Assembly: GCF_006345805.1 (NCBI RefSeq)
Contig: NC_042997.1
Coordinates: 23,312,001-23,376,000, forward strand
Reading direction: 5' to 3'
DNA: 64,000 bases
Origin: Octopus sinensis
Lineage: Eukaryota
Under the pieces are notes generated by a model. The model saw nothing but the letters and a program-made list of their open reading frames with translations. It did no database searches and was not told where the DNA came from. The first letter of the stretch is position 1, and each line of letters begins with the position of its first letter. Both the position numbers and the translations under genes were made by a program. Positions 49,086-63,390 of the stretch are shown here, piece by piece.

Positions 49086-49229
49086 TTAACGTCTGTTTTC
49101 CGCGCTAGCACGGGTTGGACGGTTTCGACCGGGGAGCTAGGGACTGCCCCAGGCTCCAGTCTGGTCTGGCAGTGTTTCTACAGCTGGATGCCCTTCCTAA
49201 CGCCAACCACTCCGCGAGTGTAGTGGGTG

Positions 49230-49262
<33 letters not shown>

Positions 49263-52200
49263 ATATATGTATATATATATATAAAAAATTTTATAATTAT
49301 GAGTATAATTATAATTAGGGTTCAGCAAAAATTTGCTTCACCACATACCGAAATTTAGAAATAGCAGTGAAAACTAACTATTTCACTACTATAAGAAAAT
49401 CTCCCAGACAACAATACTCAACAACCCACACAGGTAAAGAGAAAATGATAACGAATCCGCCCGGCTTTGAATAACTGTATACGTGTTTCGGAGTTAGATA
49501 GATGTGAAAAATGTCAAAACTACATTTCCACTCTATCATTCTCCTTTTCAGTACAGTAATACAAGATTTTAAATTTGAGAGCACTGCAAAAACTAAACAT
49601 ACTTATCTGACCAGGCGTCATCAGACAACATACATCTAACGACCAGTAAGTCCGAATTCAAATAGACAAATGAGATCTTGTATTCCTCCTCACTCATCGA
49701 CGTGTGCTAATGAGTAAAATTCTACAGAAAAAACTGTAGTTTACTATCAGGGAGAGAATTATATTATCAATAATAATAAAGGGTAAAATTAATTAATAAT
49801 TAATAATTTTACCAAGTAGTTCGGTATGTTAAAAGAACCATTATCGGTAAACTTAAACAAAAATTTTTATAATTATGAGTATAATTATAATAATTATATT
49901 TATAATTATACTCATAATTATAAAAATTATAATAATAACCCTAACCTTAATTTCCAAGTAGGTTTATCTTAATCTTTTTGATGCAACTCTACTCTGTACT
50001 GTTTTCCTCCCCCATCGTTTTCTCTCTCATCCTTTCTCTAATACCTTTTTTCTCCCCTTCACTGTTTTCTATCTATCTCTCTCTGTCCCCCTCTTTCTCC
50101 TCTTCTCTCTCTCATTGCTCACACGTGACCATCATCCATCTTTCTTTTCTTTCAGGACTGTCCTAATGACTGGACATATTCTATCTCTCTTTTCTATCTT
50201 TTCTCTTGGAAAAGAAAATATTTCTCCAGCGTTCGCTATTTTACCCTTGTTCTGCTCTAACGACCCTCCATGTTTGTTCTTGCTTGCTTTCCTTGTATGT
50301 CTCCACTGTCCTGTTTTTGTTCCGAACTTTGACCCTCCCAAAACACCAAATTTTATTTTGGTACTTTTGGGAGCAACTGTCTTTGAAGACTCATATTGTT
50401 GTTCAATGCTCAAAATGAGTAGAAAAACAACCTTAGACAAGGAAACAGATCCCTCGCAGTCAACTATCACCCAATCTCACTAACCTTCCACATCATTAAA
50501 GTGTTTGAAAGAGTGGTAAGATCAAGGATAGCTGGCTTCCTGGAGATCTACAATTGCCCTGTGACATTCAAAATGAACATAAAGTGACTCAGTACAATAT
50601 AAAATTAAATAAAGTATTATTACCATTAATAATAATAATCATTTAATGTCCACCTTCATGGGTGGGTTCGTTTGACAAGAGCTTGCCAGGCAGAAGCCTA
50701 CACCAAACTTCTGTAACTGTTTTGGCAGTATTTTTACAGCTGGATGTCCTCCCTAACACCAACCACTCTGCAGAGTGGACTTAGTGCTTTTTATATGGTA
50801 TGAGCACAGGCAAGGTCAGTTTTGGCAAGGTTTGTACAGCTGGATGCCCTCCCAAATGCCATCCACTATACAGCATGGATTGGGTGATTTTAAGTGGCAT
50901 CTGCACTGACAGAATCACCTAATACTTACAAGAAGAAAAAAAAAACCTCTTTTGAGAGGGGAGGGGGCATTGAAGGAGGTGATCTTGTGTTGGATAATGA
51001 AAAGTTATAGCAAGGCAAAGAGACAGAAACAGATGTTTGCTGTAGATGTTGGAAGTTAACGGAGAACAATTATACAGTGGCACAGAGCCAAGAGGACAGG
51101 ATTGGGGAGTGGGAGGTAAGCCTAGTGCATGAAGTGGAAATGTGAGGAAGAGAAAAGATGTACTTTTGCTTGTTGTGGCAGTGTGTGCGACAAATTTTCT
51201 TGTTAAGTGTGGGTGGGACACTAATGTGGCCAGCAAGTTTAACCTATGTAGGTAAAATATACAAATAAATAAAGTAGGGTTTCAAAATACCACTTGCTTG
51301 TAAAAAGAGCTAACCCTCCAAAACCACAAATTTATCACTATTAATACATATGCACAGTGAATGTAATGAATATAATAAAATAGGCTCACCTTGTATAAAC
51401 TACAAAAACAAGAAACATATCCTGGTATAAATTGATTTTGTATTCAAGGATCAGGCAAAGGTAAAGCACGTGTACACCACCCATTTCTGGTCTTTATTTT
51501 GTTTTTGATATTGGAGAATGCGATTTCGCCCAAAAATCACGTTTTTAAAATTTTAATTCCCCCAACCAGATTCTTAGTTTTTAACTTAAAAAGTTTTTTT
51601 TTTAATCCACAATTATGAGTCAAGGAATTTTTGTTTTTAAATTCTAATTTTTCTTAAAGAAACACTCAATTGTTTCCCCACCTCACCCACCTCCCTGCTT
51701 TCAGAAAGCTAAAAACTCCGAATGTTTCACTTTTGTCTCATGTTTCATGCATATGTAGAATTCTACTGAAATAGCTGATATCAAAAATATCAGACCATCA
51801 TCAGAAAACCTGACATGCTAGAAACAACAGCTAAACAACATTATTTCTGGAAAAACTTTCCCGGCTTTCGAAAAAGTTAAAAGTGAAATATTCGGAGGTG
51901 ATGGGTGGAGGTTGGGAAAAGGAAGCTGAGTGTTTCTTTAAGAAAACTTTTTTCTTAAAAAGAAGAGGAAATGCCATACAGGATAAATGGAAGCTCTGGA
52001 ACAACCAAGGCATACCTCAATGGAAGTAGATAATACAAACTTTGTTTGATCAAGAGGGCAAAGATCCTAAAAGAATTACTTGATCTAGGGGCCTTCTTAA
52101 ATTCAAAAGTTGATATGTTTAGTCAGTGCTCTCATGGTAGAAAATTGATGTTGGAAAGTATGGGCTTCTCTCATTGCTAACTAGTGAGTAGAAAACATAC

Positions 52201-52623
52201 ATAAACTGGCCCTTTTTGGATGCAAATGGAACTGTCCAGAGAGAGATCACACTGTGTCTCCTAGAAGAGATTTTTCCTTCCAAGAATTTTATTGCCGGAT
52301 TTTTTTCACCACCATGATGACCAAGACTGTATTCTTACCTCCATTAGAAAAGAGGTTATGTGCCTCTGGTCAACAAGCTGCTTATAAAACCAATGGTAAC
52401 TTTCTGACCAGCTTTAACCAACAACTACATATATGTGCATGTGTGTCTGTGTACATACATATAGATGAGCTTTCAGTTTCTGTCTAGCAAGTTTATTTGC
52501 AAAGCTTTGATCAGCCCAGGGCTATAGTAGAAGACATATGCTCAAGCTTTCACACAGTGGGACTGAACCCAGAGCCATGTTTTTGAGAAGCAAAAACTGA
52601 AATACATTGTTTCAAAAGCTTAC

Positions 52624-52789
52624 CTGGCACAACTAGCACATCAGGGAATACTTCTCTGATGCTGTTTTTCACTGTATGGTAACCAAAACTAGCTTCATCA
52701 TAAGGTGAAGTAAGAGAAGGTGCTATGTAGTTCTTAAGGGTAGTTTTCACCCTATCATCATTGATAATTTTGCGATGAAAATCAAATAC
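52624..52789 (-). CDS. PM20D1: PM20D1-like paralog B, 166-nt exon
   Basis: TTGCAG / GTAAGC boundaries. Encodes VFDFHRKIINDDRVKTTLKNYIAPSLTSPYDEASFGYHTVKNSIREVFPDVLVVP; phase 1. Confidence 0.93.
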
Positions 52790-54092
52790 CTGCAAATGGA
52801 AAATGTATAATAAACTATTTTTTAATAATAATAATAATAATAACTCATGTAATTAAGTTAATCATTATTATCACAGTTCATTAGTATTCTACTTTAATGG
52901 TTCTAGTTAGCACCAATCTTCATAATATTAATAGCTTTCAACATGATAAAGTATAAATTTTCAGTGGAACACAAATATTTCAATAACTAGGACATAACCA
53001 GCTAAGAATAACTTTCTTTGCAGCATTTTTCCTGAAAAACACATCTCTAATTGCTTCCAATATCACCCAGCATACACTCAACAAAAGTACTCCTAAATAC
53101 TGTATAGAATAAGCTTATTAAAAAGCTATTATAAGCTATTATAAGCTCCCATCTCTACTATGCACATATATGAGGTCGCCCAGTACAAAAAGATCCTCCA
53201 TTTATTCCTGTGAAAGTATTTTAACTCCAAGAATTACATAACATCCTATTATATAACATCTCATGTTATATAACTTTTCATAAATCTCTACCTCTTATTT
53301 CGCCGAGGTCTACTTAGTCTTTCATCCTTTCCAGATCGATAAATTAAGTGCTGTTGAGCACAGGAGTCAATGTAATCTACTTACCCTAAACCCTAAAAAA
53401 ATTGCTGCTTTCTTGCTAAAATTTGAAACTATATATTTCTACCTCTTATACGATCAGTATTTACTTTCTCGGCATCACTAGAAACGGGCAGCTTAAGCTA
53501 AGGGCAACAACTCTTGCTGACTTTGCTGATATTTCCTAGACTACTTAGGCTCCTCTTCTCAAGTTTTCGCACGAGGCAGTTCAAATTGAACTCCATGTAC
53601 CACGTGTCAATAGGGCAATGTCGAAAAAATGAAAATCTCAAACATTCTAATGCTCGAAATTTCAAAAGTTTTCAAGTGATGTTACATACATAGAATAAAC
53701 ACAAACAGTGGTTATTAGTTTGGTAAGTCTCTCAAAATATGAGAAAGCTTCTACCTGTATTAGACAGTCTGAAATCTGCTCACGATCTCTGACTCATTCT
53801 ATATTAACTTCCTTGTTGATCATCATTTCTTTCATTCTTGCTACATCAACTCTGAGATGGTGATCACTAACAAGATTCGATAAAAATTTTAAAGTCACTA
53901 CAAGTGATGAGTTTTTACCAAGCACTTCTGGAAACCTGGCCAGTTGAAATATCTATGTCACAGCAGCTACTAGGACACCAGCAACAGCCACTTCACTGAG
54001 TGTAAGAGTCTTGAATGCTAATGGACTCTTTATTACATGGTCCAGTTATCTGATGACGAACATACTGGAGCCATCTTGTTCATATTATCTCC

Positions 54093-54275
54093 AGGCATAG
54101 AAGTGGATGTGTGGGAAGTAGCTTGCTTACAAACCACATGGTTCCGGGTTCAGTTCCACTGCATCTTGGGCTGCAGTCCCACTGCATCTTCTACTATAGC
54201 CTCAGGCCGACCAAAGCCTTGTGAGTGGATTTGGTAGACGGAGGCTGAAAGAAGCCCGTCGTATATATGTATGTG

Positions 54276-54319
<44 letters not shown>

Positions 54320-54526
54320 GTGTCTGTGTTTGTCCCCCCAACATCGCTTGACAACCAATGCTGGTGTGTTTACGTCCCTGCAACTTAGTGGTTCGGCAAA
54401 AGAGACCAATAGAATAAGTACTAGGCTTACAAAGAACAAGTCCTGGGGTTGATTTGCTCGACTAAAGGCGGTGCTCCAGCATGGCCACAGTAAAATGACT
54501 GAAACAAGTTAAAGAGTAAAAGAGTA
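54093..54526 (+). mobile_element. tRNA-derived SINE (same family)
   Basis: Full-length match. Confidence 0.9.
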
Positions 54527-56046
54527 ACAAATATGATAAATCACCCTGCGAAGATCCATCTTACAAACTGGCAGTATAGTAGATAATATTCAAATTTGAA
54601 GATTTTTTTTCTAAGATTGGAAATGATGTAGATATTTTCTTAGATTTTAATTTAATAATGCTTTGTTTCAAACATCATCCTTACTTTAGGTGTTTTCTTG
54701 TATTGTTCATACTACAAACATCAAATGATACATCTGGACAAGTATGTAAATAATCTGACCTGGAAAATTTTTTATTCAGATTTCTCATCTCTACTTAACA
54801 CACTATTCCTAGGAAACCTGCCTTTCCTTACTTCTATTGGAGATATTGATGATATCATTTATCTTTTACTTGTTTCAGTCATTAGATTGTGGCCATGCTG
54901 GGGTAACTGCCTTGAGGAATTTTAGTCAAACTAATCAATCCCAGTATTTCTTTTCTTTCAAGCCTTGCAGAACCATGCCATCTTTTAAAGTTTTGTCATT
55001 TATAATAGATCTGGTTACCAGCACCAAAATCTTCATCAGCATTAATCCTCATTTTAGACCAGGGGTGGAAAACATACAATCCAAGGGCTAGATTCAGTCT
55101 ATAGTGATGTTTTGTCTTGCTCCCAGTACAATTTTATAAAATAAAATAAATTTTTTAAATACTTTTTTAAATTTTAAAGTTGAAGTCCTGCTAGAATCAT
55201 GATTATCACTAATTCCAGTTAATCAAGTCAGTGCATATGAATTTACATGCTAAAAGAGGAGACCTATTCCCCCACCTTTACTTTGTCTACTCATGCTGAT
55301 CCAAACAGAAGTTTTGTCTCTTAAAATTTATTCAAGTGTTTGTTCAAATGGTTTCTTATAATATGGATGACGCTGAAAAATTTTGTGGCTGAAACAGTGA
55401 AAACTTTCTATCAAGTATTGATCTTCTCAAGAGTTGTACACATTCATTTAGATAATTTCTGTCTCCACTCTCACAATAGTACTTTTACTTAATAAGACTG
55501 TGTATATGATGTCTGAGTGAGTTTTCCCCACACATCTCTGCACACAAATTTTGCTAACATCTCATATTCTTTCTTTCCTTGTTATACTGTATAATGACTC
55601 CTTTATCTATTTACATGTCTTACATTAAGAATGGGGATTATAGGAATGATTATCTCTATGCAGACCACTAAATCTAGTTTATGCCTCAGTCCAGCTAACA
55701 AAGCCAATCAAATTTGACACCCCTACTTTAGATCTCACTGCTCTTTTTATTTTTTCACTTGCTTCAGCCTCTTTGAAACTCTTTCATGCTGTATGAAGAA
55801 CATTTAAATTATCCTAGATATGTCAGTAGCTGTTATAGATTCCAAAGTAGGTAACTGGTCAGTCAGAAGTGAAAGCTAAATACAATATTTAAGCCAAATA
55901 CAAATTCATTTGAACTACGACCCAAATAATTTTTGAGTGCATTTTTTATACTAATAGCTCATGCCATGGTAATATCTGGTTTATATTTCTCTTCTGATAC
56001 TTTCTGTGCTACTTCTGCCACTATCAAGTCATGAAACTCCACTGTA

Positions 56047-57327
56047 TCTGTATATATATATAATATATATATATATATAAGGCAAGATGTGTGTGTGTAC
56101 GTGATTGTAGTTTATGTACATCCACAAATTAGCACACACGTCGCTCAGATTTTAGGAGGACATTCGTCACGACCCTAGCTGTATTTTCATCAAACTATTT
56201 TCCCCCGAGGCACCCGCGAATAGTGGTAAATAATTTTGAGCCATAACTTCTAAATTTTTATGGCGGAGAAACACACCATTGTTTACAAAGCAAACATGAG
56301 TTAAGTCCCCTCCTAGTGACAGTGTAAAGAGAGGGAGGGAGAGGAAGAGAGAGAGAGAGAGAGAGATAACAGATTTTTAAAATTTCGTCTTTTTACAGGC
56401 AAAAACAGACAGACAGGCATTGTTATGTATGTATGTATGTGCGAATGGCTTCAGTCAGACATACACACACACGAGCATGTATGCATACAAAACACATGTA
56501 TGCAATGTGTGTGTGTGTGTTGCCCGTATATATATATATCTATATATATATATACACAATATAAATGATATTCTCCGTTTCTCCACAACTAATTTCCAAA
56601 TTAGCTGAATCCGTTGCTCTACTCATAGTGATATATAGCTGGTCGTGTGTGAACATGGGAGAGAGCTGAGGTTACCAGAGCAAAAGACCTACATGTTGAT
56701 TGTAGACACGCTCCTTCGCAAACGATCAGCTATTATTTTGTAAACAATGTATCGAAACTGTTCATGTTTTCAAAAGGAGAGATATGACTTTCACATCTCT
56801 GCAGGAGAAGGTAGGCTTCTCTATTCCTGTTACAAAACTTACTTCCAGGTGCCAAATTTGCTTTGGTGGTGGTGGTGGGACAGTGGCAGGGGCAAAAGCA
56901 TGCAGAAACATGTATGCAATAGGTGTATGTACATATGTTTGTGTGTGTGTGTTGCCCATATATATATTATATATATATATATATTATACATAGTTGTGAT
57001 CTGAACATAACTGCTTCTCACACAGAGGATCGGGGGCCCTTTTGGGCGTTCTATTTTCCTTGCTGGAAGGGTTCTCAACCCATGGGCAAGTGGGGTTACA
57101 TGAAAAAAAAAACGCAAAACAATCGATGAGTGGAAAAATTCGATAAACCAATTCCTTATGGGATTTCTCAATCAAATTGTCTGCAAAATTGCAGCCAAAA
57201 GTTTACCAATTTCAATGGATTTCACTCAAATTTGACATCAATGTTACTTAGTTTGCTTTGAAATAAAGAGCTTGATTAGCTTAATAATCCTAACTTAATC
57301 CCGAGCAAAGCCAGGCTATACTGCTAG
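56047..57327 (+). mobile_element. Non-autonomous Helitron
   Basis: A|TCTGTATATA..GGCAAGATGTG ... GAGCAAAGCCAGGCTATACTGCTAG|T. Internal blocks are homologous to 33263-34327. Confidence 0.8.
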
Positions 57328-57790
57328 TCATTACTAAATGGACTGTCCGTAACTGTAGTACAGGTTTTAACGTTTAGCTTCTTGTTCATCTGCCTGTAGT
57401 AATCATAGTAAAATTTACTCCCTGTTTTCACTCTAAAAAATAACCCAGAGTTCCAAAATAAGACATCCACATGATGTGATTGTTTATATTTAAAATGACA
57501 TTGTAGAGTAGGTGTGAGAAACTAGATCTGGCTGTTTTGAACTTAAAACAGGTGGAATATTTTGGCTGGATATGGCCAGTTTAAATGCTAAAGGGTTTAA
57601 CCCTGTTCTAAAATAATTTGTAGTTCACACAAAAACTGAAAGAAAAAAACTACTTCAAAATAATTGTTTCTTTTTTTAATTAAATAAAATTGGAATATCA
57701 TTTTATTTTTTCTCTCTGGGTAAAATCAAATTTAAGGTAGTCAAGTGGATTACTCAGTAACTGTTTATAAAATTTAAATGTAATAATTAC

Positions 57791-57862
57791 CTGTTCAAGT
57801 GTCTGTGAAGGATGGATGCGGTAATCAATTACAGCTTCAGCTGATTCAGAAAGCACATTATC
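57791..57862 (-). CDS. PM20D1: PM20D1-like paralog B, 72-nt exon
   Basis: GTTTTAAG / GTAATT boundaries. Encodes DNVLSESAEAVIDYRIHPSQTLEQ (cf. NVIP...VNFRIHPGQT). Confidence 0.94.
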
Positions 57863-58163
57863 CTTAAAACAAAGTAAATATAAGTTGTATAAAAAAATAT
57901 TATAAAACAATAACTCAAAACCAAAACAATGGATAGGAATCTAAATGGAAAGAATTGAGGATAAACACAAATGTAATTATATTTATATACATTACCACCT
58001 GTGTCTTCTTTTATCTATCATTGTTAGAGGAAGATATTGCATTGAGCTTGAGTTTATTATTGTATATGTGGTATTAAACTATCAAGGAACACTTCTTTTC
58101 TTGCATAAGATAGCAATTTATTGAGAATTTTTTTTCGTGCAAGCTAACAAAGTTTGCATCAAA

Positions 58164-58554
58164 TCTCTCTATATATATAAAGCTGAAGTTGTCTGTGTAT
58201 GGCAGGTTTGCTAGCCTTCAACTAACACTATCTCCTCTGAGACCCTGCGGTGCAAGTTGACCAAAATTGAGAGTATGATAGAAGGCTTGCTCTTCCTTCC
58301 GTAGAAGAAAAATTCAAATCAGACCATGTTAACACCAAAAATTATTTACATCAAAAAGGTGCTTTTTTTCTATGAAAATCCCTATTTTTTTACGATTTTT
58401 TGACTGCTGTGTTGCCATTTTTCGGTGTATTTCAACCAGAAAAATGTTCACTTAAAGAGAATAACAAGCTGCATGATGCAAAATTTTAACTTTTCAAAAA
58501 TTCCAATTCTAAAGGGTCGAAACAAACCCAAGCAATGACAGGCGATACTGCTAG
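58164..58554 (+). mobile_element. Non-autonomous Helitron
   Basis: A|TCTCTCTATATATATAAAGCTG ... GCAATGACAGGCGATACTGCTAG|T. Its 5' 150 bp also occur inverted at 29730-29880. Confidence 0.8.
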
Positions 58555-59429
58555 TATATGATACAAGCTTTGTCAGCTTGCATGTGTTAACTTGCCCCTG
58601 GCCCCAAGATGACTGTTTAACCTTCTAGGAACAGCAGCCAATTCTCTCTCATATTATACCAGTGACCTTAAAAAGGTTGGGGTGGGGATCATTATATTTT
58701 TTTAAATGGTATTGTCACAGTTGGAATGCCTTTGATCACAGGTTTGTTCAATCGAAGTTATAAGTAGAGGAATTAAATATCTTCTCTGAGAACACAATAC
58801 AGCATCAGTGATGAGATACGAACCACTAACTTTTTAACTAGTAGTAGACTGACTGCTAGTAGTCAATGTATATTATCTGTACTCCAGTAAAACACATAAA
58901 AGTCACAAAAATCTCAATGGCTATCTATATGCAAAACTAACAAGTATTTTTATCAGCTAACTATTTACATGAGCACAAACATTTATTTATACAATAATTT
59001 AACTGTAAGTCACCAGTAAAAAACTAAAATGAAAAACAAACAAAAACCATCCATTGACAGTGTTTTGTAGGTCCAAAGAAGACTTGTTACACAAACATGT
59101 AAAATATACAGATCTACGAAAAAATAATAAAGCAAACATATCCTGTCCTCGCAAACATGAAATAAAACAATTCCAAATTAAATTTTAAATAAAAGTGGTA
59201 TGGCAGACCAAAAAGAATTGTGGATATTGAGAACAGAATATCTAATTCACAAATTGTTTGCCTTTTCAAACAATTTACCAAAATATATCATAATTCTGAT
59301 TTATTTTCAAAATTTTAATCATTTTTACATCCACTCTTTTAGAGTGTTTCTAAATATTCAGATATTGAAATGACTTATTCTCTTATATGTTTCAGTCCAA
59401 TGACCGTGGCCATGCTGGAGCACCGCCAT

Positions 59430-59630
59430 TGTAACTATCTTTCCACTTTCCACCTTTGTCGGAGCGGCTTCTGGTGAAGGATGGCATTCGATGCTACTGC
59501 CCTTTTTTGAGTTTCTTGCTTAGATATTGGCTCATCCGGGATCTCGGCGAACCAGAGGTCAAGTTCGCCTTTGAAAACGTCTACATCCACTCCACTTATT
59601 GAGGTCAAATATTTCATTGTATTGTTAAAC
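59430..59630 (-). mobile_element. LINE 3' ORF2 fragment
   Basis: VDVFKGELDLWFAEIPDEP...RAVASNAILHQ resembles CR1/L2-type ORF2 C-termini. Confidence 0.55.
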
Positions 59631-59809
59631 TTCCCTTTCTAATTATGGCTATATCCAGTCATTCAATGAATTCAGTATCAATTTTTCAGCAGATCAAGTC
59701 AGATATGTAAAAAGATATACATTTTTTTTATCTAACTCATGAACTTTGATCTAACAGTTCATTATCTTAAATATTCACCAGTTATGTTGTAAAATCAAAA
59801 ATAACTATT

Positions 59810-60160
59810 TAGCTTTTATCTCTTGTCTCAGTAATTGGACAGCAGCCATGCTGGGGCACTGTCTTGAAGGGTTTTAGTTGAACAGATCAACCCTAGTAGT
59901 CCAGTAGAGTCAGTCAGGTACTTATTCAATCAGTCTGTTTTTGCTGAATCACTAATCTGTGAGGATGTAAACAAACCAGCATCGTTTGTCGAAAGATGGT
60001 TGGGAACAAAGACACATACACACAGATATAGTCACCGTCTACCAAATCCACTCACAAGGCTTTGGTTGGCTTGGGGCTAGAGTAAAAGACACTTGCCTAA
60101 GATGTCAAGCAATGGTACTGAATCTAGAATCATGTAGCTGGAAAACAAATTTCTAACCAT
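59810..60160 (-). mobile_element. Older diverged SINE copy
   Basis: GCCATGCTGGGGCAC..., CTACCAAATCCACTCACAAGGCTTTGG. Confidence 0.75.
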
Positions 60161-60684
60161 AAAACCACAAAAAAATAAATTCTTAAAATAATAATAATAA
60201 TAAAATTATTGTGTATAGCGCTCAGGTGCACTACAACTCATCAAAGGTGCATGTGCAGTACACAGAATTATGTATAAAAGTCAGGAAAGCGAACAGTCTA
60301 TGAGTCGTGATATACGTGTGTGCATGCATATGGAGGGAGGATATCAGGTGTAGTGTTGGCGAATTTCAGGAAGCACGGAGGTTTTAAAGAACCCAATGTT
60401 TTTTGTTTGGTTTTGTTTAATCTTTTTTATGTCTCTAAATAAATATAAAATTTCCTTCATTCTCCTTTGACAGAAATTTAACGGAGAAAAGAAACCGAGC
60501 TTAATTACCAAGTTAGAACAGAGTTATCTCCCATACTGACGCAATGCAACATCGATGTAGTTTATATTTCAACATGCTAGAAATAGTAGCCAAATCTCCT
60601 GGAAAATCACATCTAATTGTCTTGATAAGGCAGTCTAGGAAAAAAAATTATGGAATGGTCATGGCAGAAAAGTTTTTTATCACT

Positions 60685-60960
60685 GTGTTAATTGACTATC
60701 GTCAAAAGGGCTACACCATCAGTGGAGAGAACTATGCCAGCTTGCTGAGGCAGTTATGAAAGATTATCAAGATCAAATGCCCGGGAAAACTGATGAAAGG
60801 TTCATCAGGACGATGCTCCAACACACAGTCTTTGGTTTCAATGGCCTCAGTGCATGACTGTAGCTTTGAACTGGCTAATCACCCTCCCTATTTTCCTGAT
60901 TTGGCCCCGTCTGACTATCATCCGTTACCCAACACGAAAAACATTTGGCTGAGAATCAGT
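60685..60960 (+). mobile_element. mariner (DD34D) transposase fragment
   Basis: LIDYRQKGYTISGENYASLLRQL and HPPYFPDLAPSDYH. Confidence 0.8.
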
Positions 60961-62331
60961 GTCACGGTGAATAATTGTGAATAATTAAGTATCAGAGGTG
61001 GCACCCACCAAGCAGAAACCTTTATCATGCCAATTCATTATTCAGAATATTCTTAACTCACAAGATATGCTAATAGTATTGACTATTTGATTTATTATCA
61101 GTCACCATCCCTCACCATGTGGTGAATATGATCAATGTTTTCCTTGGTGGTGGCATTTGTAGGACATCCAAACCTTGAGTCATGTTGAAGATTCTCCCTT
61201 CCCCTCCCAAATTCAACTACCCAGTTTTACAATGTTGATAAAACTGGAGCATCATCCTATAATGTAGCAACTATGTCAACATAATTGTCCTTGAGAGCTA
61301 AAGCATTTTTTGCAGGTACATGATAACGCCACGATGCCAAATTTTGTCCATTTTCAAGAGAAGTAGCTGCAAGTTACTTGGTTATTTTTGAAGTCCTGGG
61401 AATAAACGGCAACATCTGGCTTCTCGTTAATAGCAATAGCAGTTAACGGGCGAAAGTCATAAATCTTAGTTACGTCCCTTTACGTTGTGAGTGTAGATTC
61501 CATCTAGGTGACGTTTTCCTCTATTTTCCAGAGTTTGATTATTGTAGCCTTGAATCTATGTTAGAAAAAATTCATTATTATGAGAACGATTAGTATTGGG
61601 AAATAAAAGATTATTATTAGCATGATGGAGTGATACAATATTTTGTGGTATTTAATGACATTACTTTGCGTTCTGAACTGAAATTCCCACCATAGTCAAT
61701 TTTTGCCTTTCATCCTACTACAGTTAATAAAAATGAATCAATTTTATTATCACCTAAAATTTTTGGTCTTTAGAAACCGTGATTAACATTGTGACATAGG
61801 CAAAGACAGGCTTTCTATCAAATAAACTCTGTTGATTTCTCTGGTGGATACATGGCTTTGTGGACTCACTTAAGACTAAACAAAAACTGACAGGTTGTCT
61901 TAAAACCTGTAACTAGATAGTTTTATCTCCCAGAACATTATCACATACACCCTGGTCCAACGTCATAACTCATAAATGTGCCAATGTGATAATTTAATCT
62001 GTTAAAAAGTATAGCAAATCTTCCTCAAATTACACATGGCCTTTAAAAATTGGGAAAGAAAATGGGATAATCATAGTTCAAATGTATTTCAATCATAGGT
62101 TTGTTTGATTGAGGTTGATCTGGGAAAAAACAAGACAAATTTTACTCAGTTGATTTTTGTGAACTTGGTAACCAATTCATCACATCATATGAATGTCTTT
62201 CCCTTCCTGATTATGATCTAGAATCAATAAAAGAAGTACAAATAATATCTTAATTAGCTGTTTTAATTAACTTTAAAATATTCTATATCATTGTAGTTCA
62301 TATCAAAAGAAAAAGTTACCAAAATATTTAC

Positions 62332-62410
62332 CTTAATTCCAGCATCAAACCTGGTTACAGCATTTACAGTCCTGATAAGAGCATTTGTTGTTGGTTGGCG
62401 AGACAAAACC
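62332..62410 (-). CDS. PM20D1: PM20D1-like paralog B, 79-nt exon
   Basis: CCTTTAAG / GTAAAT boundaries. Encodes VLSRQPTTNALIRTVNAVTRFDAGIK. Confidence 0.94.
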
Positions 62411-62559
62411 CTTAAAGGCAAATAAAATTCAGACATTAAATAAGTAGGTTCAAGTAGTCAGCTATTATTTCATCAATGTCTAGTGAGCTATTTCTTTTTT
62501 ACTCATGAAATTTTCTTATGCAATATGAAATTGTAATAAAATTAATTACTATTCACAGA

Positions 62560-63095
62560 TTGCAATGTCAGTGTGTATGTACAACATAGTGTAAACATCT
62601 TGAGAGAAAAATTGGGCATAACAAGCATCAGATGTGGTGTGCAAGAGAGAAGATTGCACTGATATGGTCATGAGATGTGTATGGATGAGGACAGCAGCAT
62701 AAAAAAGTGCTGATCTCTAACTGTGGAGGGAACCTGTGGAAGAGGTAGTCTCAAGAGGACATGGAACAAGGTGGTGAAGCATGGTCTTTAAATGTTGGGT
62801 CTCATAGAAGCGATGATAGGTTATCAAGACCTTTGGTGATTTGCTGTGCTTGAGAAGACTCATCAAGCCAAGTGAAATTGTAGTCATGGACAGTGTCAGT
62901 GATATGTAAAAAGCACTAGTGCCAGTGACACACGAACAGCATTTATGCTGGTGACATATAAAATGTACCCACTACACTCTTAGAGTGGTTGGTGTTACAA
63001 TGGGCATCCAGCTGTAGAAACCAAGCCAAAATCAGTTCTAGTCAAACCATCTAACTCATGCCAGTACGGAAAATGGATGCTAAATGATGATGATG
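62560..63095 (+). mobile_element. 5'-truncated RTE LINE (same family)
   Basis: Homologous to 16300-16845, ending ...GGAAAATGGATGCTAAATGATGATGATG. Confidence 0.8.
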
Positions 63096-63342
63096 GAGAT
63101 ATTTTCAAGTATAATAAAACCATATACTTAAAAATAACTGACTGAAATATAATCAAATTGTGAATAATAAAGTGATTAAATAAATGTGTAAATATCTAAG
63201 TCTTTTGTACAATTGTTATTTTATTGTGTTAGTTTTGTTCTTCATGTAAAAAATAGAAACCAAATAGTCAACAATAGAATTACAAATACCCTTAACGTAA
63301 TCTTAATATGTGACTGGAAATAATTAATAGATACTAATGACT

Positions 63343-63390
63343 AAAATACAATGTTAGAAAATACAATGTTAGAAAATACAATGTTAGAAA
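63343..63390. repeat. 15-bp tandem repeat x3
   Basis: AAAATACAATGTTAG x3. Confidence 0.85.
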
